Shown: positions 37,947 to 46,050 of the stretch, one piece after another
Layout: every line of letters begins with the position of its first letter
Position numbering within the stretch: position 1 is the stretch's first letter
Source: an uncultured Flavobacteriales bacterium
GTDB taxonomy: Bacteria; Bacteroidota; Bacteroidia; Flavobacteriales_D; CAJJDF01
Assembly: GCA_938009745.1 (NCBI GenBank)
Contig: CALLII010000023.1
Span: forward strand, 2,458 to 66,457
Length of the DNA stretch: 64,000 nucleotides
Reading direction: 5' to 3'
Program-made: the position numbers and the translations under genes
The notes under the pieces: model-generated
Told to the model about the DNA's origin: nothing
The model's database searches: none
What the model saw: only the letters and a program-made list of their open reading frames with translations

Positions 37947-40064
37947 TTATTCAATAAACCCTTTCTTCTCCAACAACCATTTAATGTCTGGTTCTTGCCC
38001 TCTAAAATCGGTATACAATTTCATTCCTTTTTCTGATCCTCCTTTGCTCATCATCTCTTGGTAACGTTTTGCTATTGTTGGGTCAAATAAGTTTCCGGTT
38101 TCTTTAAACGCATTAAAACAATCTGCATCCAATACTTCTGACCATTGGTAACTGTAGTATCCTGCAGAGTATCCGCCAGAGAATATATGAGAGAAATACG
38201 TACTTCTGTATCTTGGTTGAATTACATCAATTAACCCTAATTCAGTTAATTTTTTAGCTTCGAATTCGTTCACTCCCATTTCTGTTGGAGCTTCAAGTGT
38301 GTGCCAATACATGTCTAAATAGGCAGCTGCCATATATTCTACTGTTCCAAATCCACCATTAAAACTATTGGCATCTTTTAGTTTTTTGATCAATGCTTCT
38401 GGAATTACTTCTCCTGTTTTATAGTGTTTAGCAAATAATTGCAATACTTCAGGTTCGCCCATCCAGTTTTCCATTACTTGCGAAGGAAATTCTACAAAAT
38501 CTCTAGGAACAGCAGTCCCAGATAAGCTTCGGTACTTTACATTAGAAAGCAATCCGTGAATAGCATGTCCAAACTCGTGAAACAAGGTTTCTGCTTCTCT
38601 GTAAGATAATAGAGAAGGAGAGTTTTCTGTTGGTGCTGGATAATTATAATTGGTTGTCACCACTGGGTGAATCATTCCATCTATATTAGATTGTTTTCTT
38701 ATCGAGTTCATCCAAGCACCACCTCTTTTACTGTCTCTTGCAAAGAAATCTAAATACATAATCCCACAGTGCGAACCGTCTCTGTTTTTAACTTCAAATA
38801 CTTCTTGTTCTGGATGCCAAATTGGTAAATCTGTTCTTTTTATGAAAGTCATTCCAAATAGCTTATTTGCCAATTCGAACACACCTTTTGTAACGGCAGA
38901 AACCTCAAAATAAGGTCTAGTCTCTTCTTCGTCAAAGTTGTAACGCTCTTTTCTTACTTTCTCTACATAATATCTCCAGTCGTGTCCTTGAATATCTCCT
39001 GCGTTTCCATCTGCCTGGAAAATTTTGTTCATTGCAGCTTTTTCTTCTTTCGCTTTAGCCAAAGCAAATGGCCACATTTTATCCATAAATGCTAATACAT
39101 TCTCTGGCTTTTCTGCCATGTTGTTTTCTAAGACTCTAGATGCATGATTTTTGAACCCTAATAGTTTTGCTTTGTCAATTCTTAACGAAACAATCTCTTT
39201 AATGATTTTTTTATTGTCCTTGTCGTTATCATTGTTAGCTCTTTGAGCGTATGCATCATACAATATTTTACGTGCTTTTCTGTTTGGTGAACTTTGTAAA
39301 AAAGGATTTATACTTGGTCTCTGAACCGTAAATGACCAACCTGATTCGTGTCCTCTTTTTGTAGCTTCTTGTTTTGCTAAGGCTTTTAAACTAGTTGGAA
39401 GACTTCCTAAATCTGTAGAATCAGTTGTGTGATACTCAAATGAATTGGTTTCATCCAATAAGTTATTCCCATACTGAAGAGTTAGCTCAGCCAATTTTCC
39501 GTTTATTTCTTTTAGTTTTTCTTTGTCTTCGGCACCTAAATTAATTCCCGATTTGGTAAAATCTTTATATTTTTCCTCCAACAAGTAACTTTCAATTGGG
39601 GTTAAGTTTAACGTTTCTTTTTGGTCGTAAACAGCTTTTACTTTCGCGAATAAATCTTCGTTAAGCATGATGTTGTCATAATGAGCCGAAGTAATTGGAG
39701 CCAATTCCTTTTTGGTAGCTTTCAAAATACTATCCGTATTTGCTGCTTCTACACAAGATAATAATGAGCTGATTTTTGTTAGGTTTTTACCAGCAAATTC
39801 AATTCCTTCAATCGTATTTTTGAAAGTTGGAGCTTCCGTATTATTTATAATCGCATCAATATCTGCTTGGTGTTCGGCAAGAGCAATTTTGTATGCAGGT
39901 AAATAATCTTCGCTTTCTATTTTATCGAATGGAGGTAAGCCAAATGGAGTGTCCCACTCTTGGAGTATTGGATTTTCTCTTTCCACAGTTTCGTTAGTTG
40001 ATTTTGGATTATTGCAAGCTATAAGTGCAATGCTTGATAGTGCTAAAAGGATAGTCTTTTTCAT
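37947..40064 (-). CDS. dcp: M3A metallopeptidase lipoprotein (peptidyl-dipeptidase Dcp-like)
   Basis: Lipobox LIAC, KRGGAWM, FHEFGHAIH, DFVEFPSQ, YSAGYYSY.WSEVLDAD. Start placed at ATG 40064. Confidence 0.9.
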   Translation of the reverse strand: MKKTILLALSSIALIACNNPKSTNETVERENPILQEWDTPFGLPPFDKIESEDYLPAYKIALAEHQADIDAIINNTEAPTFKNTIEGIEFAGKNLTKISSLLSCVEAANTDSILKATKKELAPITSAHYDNIMLNEDLFAKVKAVYDQKETLNLTPIESYLLEEKYKDFTKSGINLGAEDKEKLKEINGKLAELTLQYGNNLLDETNSFEYHTTDSTDLGSLPTSLKALAKQEATKRGHESGWSFTVQRPSINPFLQSSPNRKARKILYDAYAQRANNDNDKDNKKIIKEIVSLRIDKAKLLGFKNHASRVLENNMAEKPENVLAFMDKMWPFALAKAKEEKAAMNKIFQADGNAGDIQGHDWRYYVEKVRKERYNFDEEETRPYFEVSAVTKGVFELANKLFGMTFIKRTDLPIWHPEQEVFEVKNRDGSHCGIMYLDFFARDSKRGGAWMNSIRKQSNIDGMIHPVVTTNYNYPAPTENSPSLLSYREAETLFHEFGHAIHGLLSNVKYRSLSGTAVPRDFVEFPSQVMENWMGEPEVLQLFAKHYKTGEVIPEALIKKLKDANSFNGGFGTVEYMAAAYLDMYWHTLEAPTEMGVNEFEAKKLTELGLIDVIQPRYRSTYFSHIFSGGYSAGYYSYQWSEVLDADCFNAFKETGNLFDPTIAKRYQEMMSKGGSEKGMKLYTDFRGQEPDIKWLLEKKGFIE

Positions 40065-40101
40065 TCTTTTTATTTGTTTGTATAAATATACCATTTTCCA
40101 C

Positions 40102-40135
40102 AAAAAAAACCGTCACGATTTCTCGAGACGGTTTT
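40102..40135 (-). terminator. Intrinsic terminator after the DUF2911 gene
   Basis: AAAACCGTC...GACGGTTTT stem with a U-tract on the minus strand. Confidence 0.75.
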
Positions 40136-40155
40136 AAATAGTGGTTTAGAGAGAA

Positions 40156-40992
40156 TTACTCAGCTTCCCAAGCTTTAATGTTCTTTTCAATGTAGTTAGC
40201 CCATCCTTTAGATTCAGCTTTGTTAGCTAATTTAAGAGCTTCTTTAGCTACTTTAATTGCTTCAGCAGTATTTCCTTCTGCTTTCAAAATTCCAGCTTTA
40301 GTAAACATTGCTGGGTGTGCTTTTTTAATCTTCAAAGATTTGTCAACATACATTAATGCCGTTTCGTAATCTTTCATATCACTGAAATATCCTGCAGCTT
40401 TAGAATATACTTTGTCTAAATCTTTACCTTCTTTGATAGCTGCTGCAATGTTAGCTTTTGCAACTTTATCAGTATCAACAGTAAAAGGAACTTCCACGTT
40501 TAATTTTTCCCATTTGATAGAAATAACTGCTGAAGTAGCTGTGATCTTATCAAAACCGATAGTAAAACTTTCAGTAAAAGAGTTAACCATTGCTTTAGCA
40601 TTAATTCTCACTACATCATTTTCTTTTTTGTATCCGCTTAGTCCTTGTAGTCCAGCATCAGAGTTAATGATGATTGTCCAATCTCCATTTTCTGCTGGGA
40701 TTGCTTGCATAGAATATTCTCCTGCTGCAACTTCTTTACCTCCAATCATGATAGGAGTAGAAAGTGTTAATTTAGTCGCCATGTTAGCTCCTAACCTCCA
40801 CATTTCATCATATTTCACTAGTTCTCCAAAAATAGTTCTTCCTTTAACAGAAGGTCTAGAATAGTCAACTTTTACTTCAGTTAAACCAACCATTTGTTCT
40901 ACTTCACTGTGTGGACTTGGTTTTGGTAATTCTTGTGCTGTTGCAGAAAAAGCAAACATTGCTGCTGCGATTGTTACGATTAATTTTTTCAT
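40156..40992 (-). CDS. DUF2911-domain exported protein with C-terminal TPR
   Basis: Signal peptide, PKPSP, VDYSRPSVKGRTIFG, WRLGAN.AT, WEK..VEVP. Confidence 0.88.
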   Translation of the reverse strand: MKKLIVTIAAAMFAFSATAQELPKPSPHSEVEQMVGLTEVKVDYSRPSVKGRTIFGELVKYDEMWRLGANMATKLTLSTPIMIGGKEVAAGEYSMQAIPAENGDWTIIINSDAGLQGLSGYKKENDVVRINAKAMVNSFTESFTIGFDKITATSAVISIKWEKLNVEVPFTVDTDKVAKANIAAAIKEGKDLDKVYSKAAGYFSDMKDYETALMYVDKSLKIKKAHPAMFTKAGILKAEGNTAEAIKVAKEALKLANKAESKGWANYIEKNIKAWEAE

Positions 40993-41045
40993 TTGATTTA
41001 TGTTTTTGGTTTATTTTATGCCAACTATATTGGCGTTAATTAGTT

Positions 41046-42734
41046 TTAATTTCCGGAACTTACTAGCTCAGGTTTAGTGTTGTTTTTTAAAAATGTTTGA
41101 ATAATTACACCCATAATAATTACTGTTCCACTTCCTATGACGTTATATAGTAGATAACCTAACTCGATATATCCATAAACTGATAAAAAGTGACACGAAA
41201 GTACAACTATTTGTCCAATAATTCCAGCTATGAAAGCTGCAGTTCCTCCAATTCGCTTGAAGAAAAATGCCAATAGGAATACCCCTAAAATAGTTCCGTA
41301 AAATAACGAACCAAGTATATTAACTAATTGGATTAAGTTCTCGAATAATCCTGCTGTTAACGCAATTATAATGGCCAATATTCCCCAAGCTACAGTTAAT
41401 AGTTTACTCACTCTTAAGTCCTTTTTCTCATCTCCCGAATCCTTAAAGAATTTTTTATAAAAATCAATGGTAGTAGTAGATGCCAAAGCATTTAACTCTC
41501 CTGCTGTAGAACTCATTGCTGCAGAAAATATGACTGCTAGCAACAGCCCAATTAATCCATGCGGAAGGAAGCCAAGAACGAAAGTTAAAAAGATGTAATC
41601 GCTATCCTTAGATTCATAACCGCTATCGATTTTACTCATTTCGGCTTTGTATTCATTTCTCAATAAATCTTGTTGAGCTTGCAGAAATTGAATGTTTTTT
41701 GTGTCGGTATCTGTAGCTAAAAGTGCTGCCTTTTTTTCTTCAAAAATATCATTGTAGTTGTTTTCAATCAATAATAAACTCTCTTGTTTTTGAGTCTCAA
41801 TATTGGTTGCGGATGTATTAAAAATAATAGGTGGTTTGTTAAACTGGAACGATACAAATACCATTGCTCCAATAAACAGAATGAAAAATTGCATTGGGAT
41901 TTTAAGGATTCCATTAAACATCAATCCCATTCTGGATGCTTTCAATGTTTTTCCACCAAGGTATCTTTGTACTTGCGATTGATCTGTTCCAAAATAAGAA
42001 AGGAATAAAAATAGTCCAGCAATTAATCCCGACCAAAGTGTGTATTTTTCTTTCAAGTCAAAAGTAGTATCAATGATTTCCATTTTACCTAATTTTCCAG
42101 CAATGTCTATTCCTTCGGATAGTCCAACTGTTTCTGGAAAACTGTCCAGAACATAAAAGAATGCCGCAAACATTCCTCCCATAATAATGGTCATTTGCCA
42201 TTTTTGGGTAAGTGAAACAGCTCTACTTCCTCCCGAAACAGTATAGATAATTACCAATCCACCAATTAGCAAACAAGTTAATTGTAGGTTCCAGTTAAGT
42301 AAAGTAGAAAGGATAATTGCAGGAGCATAAATGGTTATTCCTGCGGCTAATCCTCTAGAAACAAGGAACAAAAAAGCAGTAAATGCTCTTACTCTTACGT
42401 CAAATCTTTGTTCTAGATATTGGTAAGCTGTGTAAACTTTAAGTTTGTAATATATCGGCAGAAAAAATACCGAAATCAAAATCATAGCCAGAGGTAATCC
42501 AAAATAGAATTGCACGAATCCCATTCCGCTTTCGTAAGCTTGCCCTGGAGTAGATAAAAATGTAATGGCAGATGCCTGAGTTGCCATGATAGACAAACCA
42601 ATTGTAGCCCAATTTTCTGAGTTATTTCCTTTTAGGTAACTCTCCAAATTTTTGTTTTTACGAGTCTTCCATGAACCGTAAGCAACTATCGCAAAAAGCG
42701 TAAATAATAATACTCCCCAATCTATTAAACTCAT
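41046..42734 (-). CDS. Sodium:solute symporter (SSS) family transporter
   Basis: LSIMATQASAITFLSTPGQ, SYFGTDQSQVQRYL, FSAAMSST...LNAL; about 13 TM segments. Confidence 0.95.
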   Translation of the reverse strand: MSLIDWGVLLFTLFAIVAYGSWKTRKNKNLESYLKGNNSENWATIGLSIMATQASAITFLSTPGQAYESGMGFVQFYFGLPLAMILISVFFLPIYYKLKVYTAYQYLEQRFDVRVRAFTAFLFLVSRGLAAGITIYAPAIILSTLLNWNLQLTCLLIGGLVIIYTVSGGSRAVSLTQKWQMTIIMGGMFAAFFYVLDSFPETVGLSEGIDIAGKLGKMEIIDTTFDLKEKYTLWSGLIAGLFLFLSYFGTDQSQVQRYLGGKTLKASRMGLMFNGILKIPMQFFILFIGAMVFVSFQFNKPPIIFNTSATNIETQKQESLLLIENNYNDIFEEKKAALLATDTDTKNIQFLQAQQDLLRNEYKAEMSKIDSGYESKDSDYIFLTFVLGFLPHGLIGLLLAVIFSAAMSSTAGELNALASTTTIDFYKKFFKDSGDEKKDLRVSKLLTVAWGILAIIIALTAGLFENLIQLVNILGSLFYGTILGVFLLAFFFKRIGGTAAFIAGIIGQIVVLSCHFLSVYGYIELGYLLYNVIGSGTVIIMGVIIQTFLKNNTKPELVSSGN

Positions 42735-42868
42735 ACTGTGTAAAGATTAGTGATGTAAAAATATAGTGCTATTTGAACGGCAAGAAATACCATTAATCCC
42801 CAATACCAAGCTTTCCAGTTGGTGGCGTCTTTTTCTTTTATTTCGTTATCGTCTATTACTTCTTGCAT
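42731..42868 (-). CDS. Unannotated 45-aa single-TM protein coupled to the SSS gene
   Basis: Manual translation MQEVIDDNEIKEKDATNWKAWYWGLMVFLAVQIALYFYITNLYTV*. It starts 2 nt after the PIG-L stop and its TGA overlaps the symporter ATG (ATGA). Confidence 0.8.
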   Translation of the reverse strand: MQEVIDDNEIKEKDATNWKAWYWGLMVFLAVQIALYFYITNLYTV

Positions 42869-42870
42869 AA

Positions 42871-45288
42871 TTAATAACTTAGAATATTAGCAAATAATTT
42901 ATAAGCACCTTCTACACCATTTGGCAACTCTCTGAAGAAAGAAATTCCTGTGTACACAAACTGACCTTCGCCATATTTGGTAACGATAAGCGCTCCTTTT
43001 TGGTCGTCTTCTCCTTCGTCTGACCAAGAAAATAATGGAGTGTAACTTTCATCCCAATCTCCTGCAAAATACAAACCTCTTTCCTGTACCCAATTGTCAA
43101 AATCAGATTTAGTTAGCTTATTTGGAGTAGTCATTATTGGGTGTTTAGGTTCCAAGAATTTCACTTTAGCATCTTCTTCTGTCACCCTATTTCTGGTTAA
43201 TTTAAATGGAACTGGACCGTAAGTTGAACCGCTTGCTCTTCGTGATGCAGTGTTGTATTGCATTACCAAATTCCCACCTTTTTTTACGTACTCAAATAAT
43301 TTCTCTTCGTGATTTTTAAGTTCAGGATGAACATTGTAAATTCTTATTCCTAGAACCACAGATTGAAATTCGCTTAAGTCTAAAGAAGATAAATCGCTCA
43401 CTTCGAATCGTTTTACTTCAAATCCCAATTGCTCAATCGCTTCAGGAACAACATCCTCAACTCCTTTTATGTAGGCAATTTTCCCTGGTTTTATTTTAGC
43501 ATCCAGCTTCACACAATTGATTTCAGCTTTACTAAATATGACTTGTGCAGGAATATGATTGTATTCTATTTCGGTATACGAACGAACTGTATTTCCTTTA
43601 GAATCGGTTAAGCTCAAAATTCCTGATTTTGCTTTGTCGGTTGGTTTAAGCGTTAACTCAATCCATTGTTCTTGGTGTTTTTTATTTATGGAAACATCAA
43701 AAGAAGAAGGAGTAACTTCCCAGCCTGCTGGAGCATTAAAAGTGATTTTGTCATTAAGTCCGTCCTTAAATGAGTGAACATTTAATTTCAACCTCTTTTC
43801 AATATTTGGTTTTATCACTACTAGTTTTTGCTCAAAATTTGCCGAGAAATTAGGAGTTTTAATTACCTCCCTTCTTTTTTCCCCATAAGAAGGTATTCTC
43901 CATTTGTAGATTCCTGTTAGAGGGAAAGTAATGGTGTCATTCACAATTAGTAAAGTGATTTCTTTGATGAAAGAGGGAGTTGATTCTGGCTGTAATAAAT
44001 CGCTAGAATTATCTACGGTAAATAAAGTAGAGAAGGGCTTGTTTAGCCAATAAGGATTAGAAATTTGATTTACATTACTAACCAGAATATTTCTAGAAAA
44101 GTTTTTGTTTTGCTCTAATTCAATACTCTTCCCGTCCAATATTACTGATACAGGAACAGAACCTCTATTCAGAATTTCTAATTCGAAAAAGCTAGAATCA
44201 TCCGATTGGTAAACAAAATCTTTTGCCAATAACTCCGTGTAGATTCCTAAGCAATCAATAATTAACTCAGTACAAAGGCTAATTTTCTCCTTCTTAAACT
44301 CAGAGTTAGGGAGTTTATTTAAGTCATTTCTGATTTCGATTAATTCAGAGACATTATTTTCGGGTTCTTTAAAATCGAAGCTTGAAACCAATCCATTAAA
44401 TCTTGATTCAAATTCTTTGTTTACTAGTTTACCCCATGTTTGAGTGTTTTTTTCGAAGAAAGAACCTTTTAGTTTCTCTCCTTTCAAGTGCTGAAAGTAC
44501 TCAGTTCTTGAACCTCTTTCAGTAATAGCTCCAAAACCTTGACACTTGTGTTGAGATCTTGCTTTTGTTCCAATTTCATTGTAAGATTTTCCTAAATAAG
44601 AATTGTAACCACCAATCTCAACTACTAAATAATCTTCGTTATTTTTTGCTTGTTCTGGCAAATCTTTAAACCACCAAACTGATGAATTCCAATAGACTGA
44701 AGTAGTTTTCCAAGTTCCAAATTCTTTTACTTGTTCAGGAAGAAATCTTGGGTCAGAAGCTTTTTCAAAAGCTTCAATGGCCAACATTGCTGATGCTGTG
44801 TGATGTCCGTGTCCACCTCTTTTGTCTGGTGGAAAACGCGTTACAATTACATCTGGTCGGAATTTTCTAATCATTAAAACCACATCCGAAAGAACTTCAT
44901 CCTTTCCCCATTTTTTAAATGATTCTTCGGCAGATTTGGAATAACCAAAATCAACTGCTCTTGTAAAATATTGCGAAGCTCCATCATAAGAACGAGCAGC
45001 TAATAGTTCTTGGGTTCTTAATACTCCAAGTTGTTCGCTTAATTCATTACCAATTAAGTTTTGTCCACCATCTCCACGAGTTAGAGATAAATAGGCAGTT
45101 TCGGCCTTTTCTCCTAAAGAGAACCAAGCAAGAGCTCGTGTGTTTTCGTCATCTGGGTGAGCAGCAATATATAGAACCCTTTTTAGCGAATGTAGTTTTT
45201 GAAGTCCTACATAAATCTCAGAAGCAGGTTTGTTAGCATTAACAGAAAGTGCAGAAAGCACCATTAGTAATAGAAATATTCTTTTCAT
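42871..45288 (-). CDS. Exported PIG-L/LmbE-family deacetylase with Ig-like and C-terminal class I glutamine amidotransferase-like domains
   Basis: Signal peptide, IAAHPDDEN, LTRGDGGQN, RTQELLAAR, GHGHH; C-terminal VVLGIRIYN, GGNLVMQYN, WVQERGLYF. Confidence 0.9.
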   Translation of the reverse strand: MKRIFLLLMVLSALSVNANKPASEIYVGLQKLHSLKRVLYIAAHPDDENTRALAWFSLGEKAETAYLSLTRGDGGQNLIGNELSEQLGVLRTQELLAARSYDGASQYFTRAVDFGYSKSAEESFKKWGKDEVLSDVVLMIRKFRPDVIVTRFPPDKRGGHGHHTASAMLAIEAFEKASDPRFLPEQVKEFGTWKTTSVYWNSSVWWFKDLPEQAKNNEDYLVVEIGGYNSYLGKSYNEIGTKARSQHKCQGFGAITERGSRTEYFQHLKGEKLKGSFFEKNTQTWGKLVNKEFESRFNGLVSSFDFKEPENNVSELIEIRNDLNKLPNSEFKKEKISLCTELIIDCLGIYTELLAKDFVYQSDDSSFFELEILNRGSVPVSVILDGKSIELEQNKNFSRNILVSNVNQISNPYWLNKPFSTLFTVDNSSDLLQPESTPSFIKEITLLIVNDTITFPLTGIYKWRIPSYGEKRREVIKTPNFSANFEQKLVVIKPNIEKRLKLNVHSFKDGLNDKITFNAPAGWEVTPSSFDVSINKKHQEQWIELTLKPTDKAKSGILSLTDSKGNTVRSYTEIEYNHIPAQVIFSKAEINCVKLDAKIKPGKIAYIKGVEDVVPEAIEQLGFEVKRFEVSDLSSLDLSEFQSVVLGIRIYNVHPELKNHEEKLFEYVKKGGNLVMQYNTASRRASGSTYGPVPFKLTRNRVTEEDAKVKFLEPKHPIMTTPNKLTKSDFDNWVQERGLYFAGDWDESYTPLFSWSDEGEDDQKGALIVTKYGEGQFVYTGISFFRELPNGVEGAYKLFANILSY

Positions 45289-45375
45289 AGATTGAAACTC
45301 AGTTTTTTTAATCAGTGATAAAGATAAGGAAATTGATGGTTAAAAACAGTCTCAAATTTGACCTTTAGTTATTGT

Positions 45376-45466
45376 TGTCATTCCCTTGAAAAAGGGAATC
45401 TTAGAGCGAGAATATTACCAAAAGCAGAAATTGATGAATAAGATTCCCGCTTTCGCGAGAATGATA
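45376..45466. repeat. Inverted doublet of REP-like palindromes (ATTCCC-N8-GGGAAT type)
   Basis: Copy 1 (+, 45376-45401) TGTCATTCCCTTGAAAAAGGGAATCT; copy 2 (-, 45441-45466) TATCATTCTCGCGAAAGCGGGAATCT. Each has a GAAA-loop hairpin. Confidence 0.8.
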
Positions 45467-45542
45467 ATGAGAGTTGAAAAGTTAAAAAATCATAAAGCCA
45501 AAATACTGAATACTAAACCTCGTTAGCCATAAAAAACAAATT

Positions 45543-46049
45543 ATGGTAAACTACTTAATATTCACAAAAACTCGATCGCTCCGAGAGCAAATTTTTAATC
45601 GGGTTGCATTGCCTTCAGTACTATTGTATCGCGATTTATTTAAAAACAACAAATTATCCTGGGGAGAATCTCGTGAATCGCTTGAGCGGTTTAGTGAAGG
45701 AACCTTAGGTAAACAACTATCAAACTTTTTATATGAAAACTCTATCGACCTTCAGCCTAAAATGGAAAACCATGATGTATTTCACGTTATTTTGGGATAC
45801 AATACTTCGCTTCCTGAAGAAGCGGCTCTTCATTTTTTTCTTATTGGTAACAACAAGAAATCACGTTATGCCAAGATAGCTGCCTTAGTTGGGTTTGCCA
45901 TTTTTCCTGAATATATTTCGCTTTACCGTTCGGCTTATCGCAGAGGGAAAAATACGTGTCATTTTACCAGTTGGGAGTTTAAAGATTTACTTTTTATGGA
46001 GGTAAATCAGTTTAGGGAAGATATTGGGTTGCCAGAAAGGAAGGATTAA
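45543..46049 (+). CDS. Coq4-like protein of unknown function
   Basis: GTLGKQL..FL, ENHDVFHVILGY.T....EAAL (HDxxH...E metal motif). Confidence 0.7.
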   Translation: MVNYLIFTKTRSLREQIFNRVALPSVLLYRDLFKNNKLSWGESRESLERFSEGTLGKQLSNFLYENSIDLQPKMENHDVFHVILGYNTSLPEEAALHFFLIGNNKKSRYAKIAALVGFAIFPEYISLYRSAYRRGKNTCHFTSWEFKDLLFMEVNQFREDIGLPERKD

Positions 46050-46050
46050 T

